A DNA stretch of 64,000 nt. It comes from Squalus acanthias (taxonomy: Eukaryota). The stretch covers positions 161,636,001 through 161,700,000 of the forward strand of contig CM059425.1 of NCBI GenBank assembly GCA_030390025.1, written 5' to 3'. Below the pieces are notes generated by a model. The model did no database searches, was not told where the DNA came from, and saw nothing but the letters and a program-made list of their open reading frames with translations. Position numbers and translations under genes: made by a program. This document shows positions 25,031-35,816 of this stretch, piece after piece (position 1 is the stretch's first letter; each line of letters begins with the position of its first letter).

Positions 25031-27033
25031 ACCTCACAGGCCCCTGTGTTTATACTGTTTATAACTCAGATGAGTCTGCACTGCTCTGCTATTGTTTCAG
25101 GAATCAGTTTAATCTAGTTAGCTAATTAAGTTACTGCAGCAGCTCTGCAGCAGGAGAGCTTGCTTGTTTGTCTCTGCTTAAGCCTGAAGAAACTTAAACA
25201 TTTAAAGTTTAAATTTGAACTTAAACAGTTGATCTTACTAAAGAGCTACTAGCAATTAACACTAGATTTTAAGAGATTAACCCTTAAAACTCCCACACTT
25301 ACCAAACTCCCAGTTGTTCACTCTGTGCTTGCTGCACTCACAGCCACATCTCACACCTTGCCTACAATCACAGTAATTCAACGATGGCAGGCATGTCTCC
25401 CAAACACATACCTGGACTCTGACTCAAACACATTTGTGTCTCTAGCAGGTCAAGATGGCCCTCAATAGGAGGGAGCAGCAGAGAACAGGCGCAGCTCCAG
25501 CAGCTCTCAGGCCTTGAGGAGTGAGTGTCGTGGCTCACTGGGCAGCAGGTGGTGGGCGCCACGGCCGTCAGCGACGTCAACCTCGTTGGGGGCAAAAGCA
25601 GTATCTTCAGCCCCTCTCCTTCTCTCATCCCACTTCCCCCTCACACCACAAACCTTTCTCACTTTCCACTTCCTGAGAATGTCTGCATTCCTTGCTCCAT
25701 TCCTGCCCCCCTGCCCTCACTTTAACGTGAGTGTTGTGCCTTTATGCTTTCAGATAATCAGCAACCAGATGACCAGCCGATCCTTGAGCCCCCCACTGAG
25801 AGTGAGGAAGGAGAAGAGGAGGAGGAGCAAAGCACCGTGTCACTACATCTCTCACCCACAGGCACCACCTCAGATACTGGCACTACGCGATCTTTAGAGG
25901 CAAGCTTAATAGAGGGGTCTGCACTGGATGATGCACCGGGGATGAGCGGGCTGCAGCAAGGCCAGGGGGAAAGGGTAGCTCAGGAGCCAGCTCCCCGGAG
26001 GGCGAGTTCGCGTGCGAGATCTGCTGTACAGGACTCAGATGAGGACCTCGATGGGGAGGCGTTCACAAGAAGGGTGATGGCCATGCACACTGAGATGATG
26101 GGTGCAATGGTAAGGGTGCCCGAGAGCCTCTCAGCAATGGTAAGGAGGGTGGAGGAGTCCGCTTCCAACATTGCACAGAGCTCTGCGCACACCATGGAGC
26201 CCATCATTTCCACTGTGCAGAGGATAGTGGACTCCCAGAGAGACCGTGCGGTTCCAGACCTCATGACGCGTGTCATGGGCGATGTGGCAGCTTCCATTGC
26301 AGCACAGGCGGAAGTGACACAACGTCTTAGCACTGTAATGCAGTCAATGGTTGCTGCCATTGAGTCTCAGACTGCTCTCATGCAGTCTCAGCTTGATGCC
26401 ACGAAAGATCTGACTGCTGCCATCATCACTGGATCCACCACAGCCCACCGGGGAACTCACGGTATTGCAGCAGGCCAACAATCTGTGTTCCAGCAGATTG
26501 GTAGGGATGCTGAGGTGCTGCCCCGGGGCAGTGGCAGTGGGTCAGTGGAACAGGAACCTGCTGTCCTCTCTCAGGATGACAATATTCCTGATCCCACCAC
26601 TGCCACTCTGGCATTGCCCTTGTCGCTGCCCGTCATCCAGCAAGCCTAGACTGCTGCCGCCCATGCTGAGGTGGTGCAGTGTACAGCCAGACCTTCCAGG
26701 CTCAGAGCTGGTCGAGGGCGTCCTGCAAGGCCATCTGTTGTCTCTGGCACCGACACTCAGCAGCCTTCCACCAGCCGTGCTGCAGCCACTGGGGAGACAC
26801 TACGTAGGAGCACTAGATTAGGAAAGGGGACTGTAAAGAGGCGAGGCAAGGGTTTGCACAAGGGTGATTAGTCAATATTGTTGTATATATGTGGTTAATG
26901 GTTTTTGATAAATTTATTATTGGAATATTGCAAATTTGGTGCTGTGTCTCATTTCAGTTCTGGGGTGTGGTATGGAATCACAAAGTGATGGAATGATGGC
27001 GATGTGCTCAGCAACCGGAATGAGGACTCGAAG

Positions 27034-28772
27034 TCACTGGAAACGAAGTCTGATGAGGCAGTCACGGACCGACCTTGCAGAACGCCGATTGAGTGGCTGC
27101 CTCCTCTGTTGCTGCTGTTTGTCCTCCTTTTCCTCCTGCTTCTTCTTCTTCCTCCTCCTCCTCCTTCACCTCCTCCTCCTCGTCCTCGTCCTCCTCCTCC
27201 TGAGGTGGTGGAGTTATGCCTGGTGGCAATGGCTGCGCCCTCATAATGGCCAAGTTGTGCAGCATGCAACAGATGATGATGAAAAATGACACCCGCTCAG
27301 CCGAGTACTGGAGGGCTCCTCCCAAGCGGTCAAGGCACCGGAACCATTGCTTGAGCACTCCGATGGTCTGCTCAATGATGTTCCTGGTGGCAGCATGGCT
27401 CTCATTATATGAGTGCTGGGCAGGAGTGTTGGGGTTGCAGAGAGTCATGAGCCAGGTGGAGAGCGGATAGCCCTTGTCTCCCAGCAGCCAGCCGCAAGCT
27501 TGATGTGGTGGTTGTAATAGATCTGGCACACTGGTCTGGCGAAGGATGAAGGCATCGTGGCTGCTGCCAGGATAGCGGGCATTGACGGTTAGGATTTGCC
27601 GTGTGTGGTCACACACCAACTGCACATTAAGTGAGTGGTAGCCTTTGCGGTAACGGAATACCACAGGATTGTTATGAGGTGCCCGCAAAGCAACATGCGT
27701 GCAGTCAATGGTGCCCTGCACCATGGGGAAGCCCACTATCCTGGCAAAAACCACACGCACGCTCGTGCTGCTTCTCTCTGGTCATGCGGAAGGAAATGCG
27801 GTCCCTTCTTCTGTACAGAGCATCTGTGACCTGGCGGATGGACCAATGGACGACAAACTGGGAGATGTTGGAGATGTCGCCTGTCGCACACTGGAATGAT
27901 CCGCTGGCATAGAAATTGAGGGTGACGGTGACCTTGACTGCCACTGAGAAAGCCGTCGTGGTCCTGATCTGAGGCTCGAGGTCTTGAACTGAGGCTCGAG
28001 GTCTGGCTGCAGGAGGTGGCAGGATTGTTATGAGGTGCCCGCAAAGCAACATGGGTGCAGTCAATGGTGACCACGTCCTTGATGAAGCGGAGCCTTCTAA
28101 AACACTGGTTCTCAGTGAAATTCATGTAGGAGAACTGCTGCCGGAATACCCTGGGTGGGTAAGGCCTCCTATCGAGAGCCCTGTTGGCCCTCATAAGAAC
28201 ATAAGAAATAGGAGCAGGAATAGGCCATTCGGCCCTTCGAGCCTGCTCCGCCGTTCAGTGAGATCATGGCTGATCTTCTGCTTCAACTCCATTCACCGGC
28301 CCTATCGCCATATCCCTTGATGCCCTTACTTGTCAGAAATCTATCGACTTCTGTTTTGAATATACCCAATGACTGAGCCTCCACAGCCCTCTGGGGTAGA
28401 GAATTCCAAAGATTCACCACCCTCTGTGTGAAGAAATTTCTTCTCATCTCAGTCCTGAATGGCCTACCCTGAGGCTGTGGCCCCTGGTTCTAGACTCCCC
28501 AGCCAAGGGAAACATTCTCCCAGCATCCACCCTATCAAGCCCTGTAATAATTTTGTATGCTTCAATGAGATCCTCTCTCATTCTTCTGAATTCAAGAGAA
28601 TACAGGCCTAGTTTACTCAATCTCTTCTCATACGACAGTCTCGCCATCCCAGGAAACAATCTCGTTAACCTCATTGCACTCCCTCTCGGCAAATTTTCAC
28701 TCTTTCTCTGTGCCTCCGTTGCCTCAGACGTTGATGCTGGAGGGCAAGGTCCAGTTCTAGTACAGACCCCAT
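27034..28772 (-). pseudogene. Harbinger B transposase pseudogene
   Basis: [66 protein letters not shown] and an acidic tail; convergent with the Myb gene; right terminus AATTTCTAGCTCC at ~29268. Confidence 0.92.
28192..28688 (-). mobile_element. 5'-truncated CR1 3' fragment
   Basis: CATAAGAACATAAGAAATAGGAGCAGG tail; encodes LSYEKRLSKLGLYSLEFRRMREDLIE. Confidence 0.9.
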
Positions 28773-29279
28773 GAAAGGATACAAATATTGCACTTTCAAA
28801 TCTTCCCTCAATGAAACTGAAGAATCTTTATGTGCCAGAACACTCATTAAAATGCAAAACGCTCAAATCGGTCGAAAGGCCTCTTTGCCTATGTGAAACT
28901 AACAACGCAGCATTGTTGGCCGACAAAAACGAAACCGGATGTGGACGCCTTTAAATAGCGCTCCTCCAGGGGACATCCAACTGAAAGCTGCCTCCTCTAC
29001 CTGTCGTTGTTAACGGCAGGCGCGCAAGCAGGGGTCGAGAGGGAATTTTTCATCTGGGGCGCTACCGGGGCGCTGCGCACGACAATTACGTCACTATAGC
29101 TGGGCGCAGGAGATCGGGGCGCAACATCTTACCGCCGCCACAAAACTCCCGCCGAATTTAGTGGGAGGCGTTGATATCGCCGCGCCCGGTCGTAAACCCA
29201 TTTGTGCCCTGTTAGCGCCCCCCCGGAGACACTAACGGGAGGCGGAAAAGAACCCAATTTCTAGCTCCAAATATTAAAT

Positions 29280-30175
29280 CATAATGAAGGAGTATTATCG
29301 TGGATGTTGTGGGCAGAAAGTTATGTTCAAAAGCATACTAGGGAAGGACCTTTTGAGGAGGGTAACAGTGACCCTTACAGAGACCATACAATGAAGTGTG
29401 ATAATCGAAATTTAATTGAAAAAGATAAGAAAGCAAAAAAGGCCAACTGCATGATGGCAATGGTGCAGATAATAAATAGTTTGAATGAGAAAGTCACTAA
29501 ACAGAGTAGCCAGGTTCAGACTCTTCACGCAGAAGTAGAGAGTTTAAAAAAACAAATTGAGTGCTGCACAGGCAGAACATAGATTAGCCACCAACCAACA
29601 GTTGGAAATGCACCAAGAAATAACTCAATTATGTGTCCAGCTGCAGAGTTCTTCAGAAACAATAGTTAAGACACAGGGAAAATTTGATGATATCAAAATA
29701 GTTTATCGAGAACTACGGAATTTGTCACAGGAACACAAGGAGACAGAAGTGGTAAGGTGATGGAGAAGAGGGGAAGAACAGAGGACAACAAAAAGATTAA
29801 AGAATTAAAAGTTAGAGTGAGGAGGAATCCAGTAGTGACGATAACGAGGAAGATCCAGTCCTTCCAACAGCACCCCCAACAGTTCAAAAGACCACTGGAG
29901 GTCGAGGTTTCTGATGCCAAGCAGGGGGGGAAGTGGTACTTCTAGTATCAGTAGTAATCCAGGGAATGTCACCGATTATACCCGGTCTAAAACAGGTGGT
30001 AGTACGGGGGTACACAGGTCTGTTATGATGGCCTCAATAGTTACGAAACGCCTGCGCACAGGAGGGACAACAAACAGGGAAGGTCAAGTAATATATGAAT
30101 ACGAAGATAAAGAAGTAAGTCGGGGTTTGACCCTTTCAAAATTGTGGCAACTTAGTGGCCAATTGCCCAATTATG
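29280..30175 (+). pseudogene. Putative gag-like coiled-coil ORF relic of an LTR element
   Basis: Consecutive purine-rich frameshifted ORFs (29304, 29557, 29914) with heptad-like Q/E/K/L content; lies between the two family-2 LTRs. No diagnostic gag motif seen. Confidence 0.35.
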
Positions 30176-30380
30176 AAAAGACTTACATTTATATAGCGCC
30201 TATCACCATCTCAGAATGTCCCAAAGTGCTTTACAGCCAATGAAGTACTTTTGAAATGTAGTCACTGTTGTAATGTAGGAAACGTTACAGCAAATTGCAC
30301 ACAGCAAGCTCCCACAAACAGCAATGTGCTAATGACCAGATAGTCTGTTTTAGTGATGTTGATTGGATGTTGATGAGGGA
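30175..30380 (-). mobile_element. Deu-SINE 3' part
   Basis: Reverse complement of the SINE tail at 4230-4383 and 7210-7220. Confidence 0.8.
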
Positions 30381-30899
30381 ATAGGAGACCCAACTCAGTT
30401 TTTAAATAAATTTCGATTGCTTCAGCAGGCTCAAGCCTTGACAGGCAAGCAGGCTTTTCTACGACTGCAGGCTGCCTTACCTCCAGGCGTGATATTGCCT
30501 GATAAGTTTGTGGCATAAATAGCAGCAAATAAAAGCCCTGGGTTGAACACTTGATGTGTAACAATAGGGTTAGGAAAAGGAAAAAGAAGTTTTAAAGCCC
30601 ACAGACAAAGTTAAAGAAACAGGATCGTTGTGAGGAAGAAATAGGATAAGTGTCTTCAGCATGTTTTGTTTTTATTTTAAGAAAAGGAAAAAGTTTGCGA
30701 GAGTGTGTGTGAATGTAAATCAAATTGAACAATTACAAAGTATTTTTTTAAATTCCTTTATGGGATGTGGGCGTCACTGACAAGGCCGGCATTTATTGCC
30801 CATCCCTAATTGCCCTTGAGAAGGTGGTGGTGAGCTGCCTTCTTGAACCGCTGCAGTCCGTGTGGTGAAGGTACTCCCATAGTGCTGTTAGGTAGGGAG

Positions 30900-32037
30900 T
30901 GTGAAGGAATAAGCCATATAACCTATTCAGAAAAATATACTATCTTATGAAAGAATTCTGGCCTTATTAAAACATGACAAACCGGGTTTGGGAATTTAGA
31001 AACCTAACTATGAAATAGCTATGAAAGCATTCTGGCTATTGAGATAAGACAGTTGTTGACCTTGAATAAATAACCTTATTGACACAGAAGGTGAAGGGCT
31101 CTGACAAGCTGACCTTTTGGGAACGAAACAATGGTTCACCCTGGATAAGGTGTTCTAATTTACACTTCGTAAAGAAGAACATAAGATAAGGAACATCTGC
31201 CCTCGTAAAGATGACATAAAGTAAGGAACACCTGCCATCACACCGTTTTTATATGGTAAACTTAGAACACCTAGAGATGAGACATGAGTTTGGCTGAGGT
31301 GGCAGAAAGAGTTGCAGAGGTCGGCAGAAAAATGACTAGAGATAATTAGCTTGCATCAGCAGAAAACCTTAAAGGAAATACCACTGGAAAAGGGTGTAAA
31401 TATTGAACTCTCAAATGGGATAACAGACTCGCTTTAATCAGGCAAAGCGATTATCGGCTTCAGAGGCGGCTCTGTAGTCTCCAACTCTTTGTACCTTGGG
31501 GATCAAAGGTATTTGATATTGGTGGATATCCTGCCTGTATAAAAACTTTAAGAACTGTAATATTGTAGCGAAGTTAAGATTTAAAAGTAAGATTCTCTGA
31601 TAATAAGATCGTAAGTTTTCTCTTTTTGGAACTGTTAATGTTGTGATTGACTCACCAACTGTAAATTGCATGTCGGTTCTTTAATAAATCTATATATTTT
31701 TAGAATTGTCTCACATAAGACTTCTGTATCAAAAACTCGCAAACTCAATCTCTGGACACTCTTTGGTGAGGAATTGCAGAATTCTGAGGGAGTTTTCCGG
31801 ACCCTCATAATATTCGGAACGTTACAGTCTAGCTAAACTTATTAAAAGTGCTATCTGGAGGAGGGTAACATTCTCGGGTTGTTCCTTTCCTTTAGGGAGA
31901 GATAGCCTGGACCTTCAGACCCAATTAAGCGTCTTTAGGATTTGGCTACCTCAAACTTTAATTGAAAATGAACGTCTGAGAAATACGCCTGATCTGGGGT
32001 AGCCCTAAAGGGGCTAGGACGAGTAATTATCCCTTCA
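30900..32037 (+). mobile_element. Solo LTR (family 3), copy 1
   Basis: TGTGAAGG...CCCTTCA; 4-bp TSD GGAG (30896-30899, 32038-32041); AATAAA at 31683; inverted copy at 40569. Confidence 0.92.
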
Positions 32038-34612
32038 GGAGTTCCAGGATTTTGACCCAGGGGAACTTGAAGGTGGTGTTCCCATGCGCCTGCTGCCCTT
32101 GTCCTTCTAGGTGGAAGAGGTCGCGGGTTTGGGAGGTGCTGCCGAAGAAGCTTTGGCGAGCTGCTGCAGTGCACCTTGTAGATGGTACACACTGCAGCCA
32201 CGGTGCGCCGGCGGTGGAGGGAGTGAATGTTTAAGGTGGCGGATGGGGTGCCAATCAAGCGGGCTGCTTTGTCCTGGATGGTGTCGAGCTTCTTGAGTGT
32301 TATTGGAGCTGCACTCATCCAGGCAAGTGGAGAATATTCCATCATACTTGTGCCTTGTAGATGGTGGAAAGGCTTTGGGGTGTCAGGAGGTGAGACACTT
32401 TCCACAGAAGACCTAGCCTCTGACCTGCTCTTGTTGCCACAGTATTTACGTGGCTAGTCCAGTTAAGTTTCTGGTTAATGGTGACCCCCAGGATGTTGAT
32501 GGTGGTGGATTCAGCGATGGTAATGCTGTTGAATGTCAAGGGGAGGTGGTTAGACTCTCGCTTGTTGGAGATAGTCATTGCCTGGCACTTCTGGGGCACG
32601 AATGTTACTTGCCACTTATCAGCCCAAGCCTGAACGTCGTCCAGGTCTTGTTGCATGCGGGCATGGGCTGCTTCATTATCTGAGGAGTTGTGAATGGCGC
32701 TGAACACTGTGCAATCATCAGCGAACATCCCCATTTCTCACCTTATGTTGGAGGGAAGGTCATTGATGAAGCAGCTGAAGATGGTTGGTTCTAGGACACT
32801 GCCCTGAGGAACTCCTGCAGCGATGTCCTGGGGCTGTGATGATTGACCTTCAACCACCACAACCATCTTCCTTTGTGCTAGGTATGACTCCAGCCAATGG
32901 AGCATTTTCCCCCCGATTCCCATTGACTTCAGTTTTACTAGGGCTCCTTCATACCACACTCGGTCAAATGCTGCCTTGATGTCAAGGGCAGTCACTCTCA
33001 CCTCACCTCTGGAATTCAGCTCCTTTGTCCATGTTTGGACCAAGGCTGTAATGAGGTCGGGAGCTGAGTGGTCTTGGCGGAACCCAAACTGGGCATCAGT
33101 GAGCAGGTTTTTGGTGAGTAAGTGCTGTTTGATAGCACTGTCGATGACACCTTCCATCACTTTGCTGATGATTGAGAGTAGACTGGTGGGGTGGTAATTG
33201 GCCGGGTTGGATTTGTCCTGCTTTTTGTGGACAGGACATACCTGGGCAGTTTTCCACATTGTCGGATAGATGCCAGTGTTGTAGCTGTACTGGAACATCT
33301 TGGCTAGAGGCACGGCTAGTTCTGGAGCACAAGTCTTCAGCACGATAGCCGGAATGTTGTCGGGGCCCATAGCCTTTGCTGTATCCAGTGCACTTAGCCA
33401 TTTCTTGATATCACGTGGAGTGAATCAAATTAGCTGAAGACTGGCTTCTGTGATGGTGGAGACCTCAGGAGTAGGCTGATATGAATCATCCACTCGCCAC
33501 TTCTGGCTGAAGATGGTTGCAAACGCTTCAGCCTTATCTTTTGCACTCACGTGCTGGGCTCCACCATCATTGAGGATGGAGATATTCATGGAGCCTCTTC
33601 CTCCCGTTAGTTGTTTAATGGTCCACCACCATTCACGACTGGATGTGGCAGGACTGCAGAGCTTTGATCTGATCCGTAGATTGTGGGATCGCTTAGCTCT
33701 GTCTATAGCATGCTGCTTCCGCTGTTTAACATGTATGTAGTCCTGTGTTGCAACCTCCCCAGGTTGGCCCCTCATTTTTAGGTATGCCTGGTGCTGCTCC
33801 TGGCATGCTCTTCTACACTGCTCATTGAACCAGGGTTGGTCCCCTAGGCTTGATGGTCATGGTAGAGTGAGGGATATGCCGGGCCATGAGGTTACAGATT
33901 GTTGTGGAATACAATTCTGCTGCTGCTGATGGCCCACAGCATCTCATGGATGCTCAGTTTTGAGCTGCTAGATCTGTTCTGAATCTATCCCATTTAGCAC
34001 GGTGATAGTGCCACACAACACGATGGAGGGTGTCCTCAGTGTGAAGACGGGACTTCGTCTCCGCAATGACTGTGCGGTGGTCACTGCTACCAATACTGTC
34101 ATGGACAGATACATCTGCGACAGGTAGATTGGTGAGGACGAGGTCAAGTAGGTTTTTCCCTCGTGTTGGTTTCTCACCACCTGTCGCAGGCCCAGACTGG
34201 CAGTTATGTTCTTCAGGACTCGGCCAGCTCGGTCAGTAGTGGTGCTACCGAGCCACTCTTGGTGATTTACATTGAAGTCCCCCACCCAGAGTACATTCTG
34301 TGCCCTTGTTACTCTCAGTGCTTCTTCCAAGTGGTGTTCAACATTGAGGAGTACTGATTCATCAGCTGAGGGAGGGCGGTAAGTGGTAATCAGCAGGAGG
34401 TTTCCTTGCCCATGCTTGACCTGAAGCCATGAGACTTCATGGGGTCCGAAGTCAATGTTGAGGACTCCCAGGGCCACTCCTTCCCGACTGTATATCACTG
34501 TGCCACCGTATGTCCTGCCAGTGGGACAGGACATACCCAGGGATGGTGATGGAAGAGTTTGGGACATTGGCTGAAAGGTATGATTCTGTGAGTATGACTA
34601 TGTCAGGCTGTT

Positions 34613-34744
34613 CTGACGAAAGGTCATCGACCTGAAACGTTAACTCTCTTTCTCTCTCCACAGATGCTGCCTGACCTGCTGAGGATTTCCAGCATTTTCT
34701 GTTTTTTATTTCAGACTTCCAGCATCCGCAATATTTTACTTTTG
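34613..34744 (+). mobile_element. 132-bp Penelope 3'-terminal mini-insertion starting at a hammerhead core
   Basis: CTGACGA-AAGGTCATCGACCT-GAAA-CGTTAACT...; homologous to the reverse complement of 17215-17340; 14-bp TSD TATGTCAGGCTGTT (34599-34612, 34745-34758). Confidence 0.85.
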
Positions 34745-35269
34745 TATGTCAGGCTGTTGCTTGACTAGTCTGTGGGACAGCTCTCTCAATTTTGGCACAA
34801 GTCCCCAGATGTTGGTGAGGAGAACCTTGCAGTGTCGACTGGGCTGGGTGTGCTGTTGCCATGTCTGTAGCTGGTGCCGACGTCGATGCCGGGTGGTCTG
34901 TCTGGTTTCATTCTTATTATTGTATTTCATAGCAGTTAGTTACAACTGAGTGACTTGCTCGGCCATTTCAGAGGGCAGTTAACAGTCAACCACATTGCTG
35001 TGGGTCTGGAGTCACATATAAGCCAGACCAGGTAAGGATGGCAGATTTCCTTCCCTAAAGGACATTAGTGAACCAGATGGGTTTTTATGACAATCCGATA
35101 GTTTCATGGTTACCATTACTGATACTAGCTTTGTTCCAGATTTATTTAATTAACTGAATTCTGCAAGTCTGCTGATGACACAAGGATAGGCAACAATGTA
35201 AGCAATGTAGATGGAAACATAAATTACAAAGAGATATTAATGGATTAAATGAATGGGCAAAACTGTGCG

Positions 35270-35816
35270 AGTTCTGCTGGGCCTCTGATGGCCCACACTA
35301 GCCCACTAGGGCAGCGTGGTTCCGTGGCTGCAGCTCAGCACCGAGACACGGTGCCAGGCTGTGCAATGGCGGCCACAGACCATGTCAAAGGCCGCCAGGG
35401 AGGGCCGACCTGGAGATCGGCCAAAAAAGATTAAATGGCAGCATGGATCACGGCCGCTCCTCCCTTTAATTAGTGGCCCACGCGCGGAGGACGGCCCAGC
35501 TCACGACCTGCAAGGCTGGCGCTGACACCGCCCGAGGCAGCCTCGGTGGGCGCAGCTGAATTTCTGCCGCGGGTTGGTAAGGGATCGCGGTGGGGCGCTA
35601 AGGGGTCACGGCGCACGGCAATGATGTCATTGCCAGTGGCGCAGCAGCCCGGGGCGCTACCGGAGGGGGCACGGCGATATCGGCTGGCGCCTCAGTAGCA
35701 CTCTGCCAAATTTCTCGGGGGGCGCTGCCCCCGCCCGGGCAATAAGCCCTTTGCGCCCCGTTAGCGCCCCCCGGAGGCGCTAACGGCAGACGCAAAGGAT
35801 CCGAATTTTGCGGCCA
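35270..35816. mobile_element. Harbinger terminal fragment
   Basis: GC-rich subterminal hairpin CGTTAGCGCC...GGCGCTAACG as at 29210-29237; ends GAATTTTGCGGCC. Preceded by an old CR1 RT scrap (35160-35265). Confidence 0.65.

Larger units (their letters stand above)
16443..25345 (-). mobile_element. Near-full-length CR1 LINE (ORF1 zinc finger and esterase ~24555-23620; ORF2 APE-RT ~23373-16600), disabled
   Basis: ORF1 CCCNMWE...CGKC, VGNSIVRG, HIGTND; APE LNARSIRNK, GDFN, SDHN; RT YLDFQKAFDKV, PQGSVLGP, FADD; (TTCTATG)-type tail; interrupted by a Penelope element (17211-21207) and a LINE tail (~24790-25030). Confidence 0.95.
16076..26871 (+). pseudogene. Harbinger B Myb/SANT (NAIF1/MSANTD-like) partner gene, 3 exons (~16076-16324, 25449-~25600, 25754-26871)
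   Basis: Exon 1 RARQFTDVALEALVAGV...WREVAQEVSA...RSLTQCHKKFNDL then GTGAGT donor; AG acceptors at 25447-25448 and 25752-25753; premature TAG at 26647-26649; intron 1 carries a CR1. Confidence 0.85.
30743..35160 (-). mobile_element. ORF1-less CR1/L2-group LINE (single APE-RT frame, disabled) with SINE-like 5' domain
   Basis: APE: LLTNIWGL, PDIVILTESYL, TYRPPS, VGDFN; RT: GPDNIP, QFGFR, LDIKAAFDRVW, PQGSVL, MFADD; poly-A end at 30743; interrupted by an LTR (30900-32037) and a 132-bp PLE insert. Confidence 0.9.

Noticed and set aside
26936..27289. Poly-Pro/Leu/Gly ORFs (also 46636-46911, 49078-49434)
   Set aside because: Alternative-frame readings of the GAG/GAA-rich acidic tail of Harbinger transposases.
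13494..29268. Single composite Harbinger bounded by these two termini
   Set aside because: The termini match only loosely and no 3-bp TSD is shared; better explained as parts of two elements.
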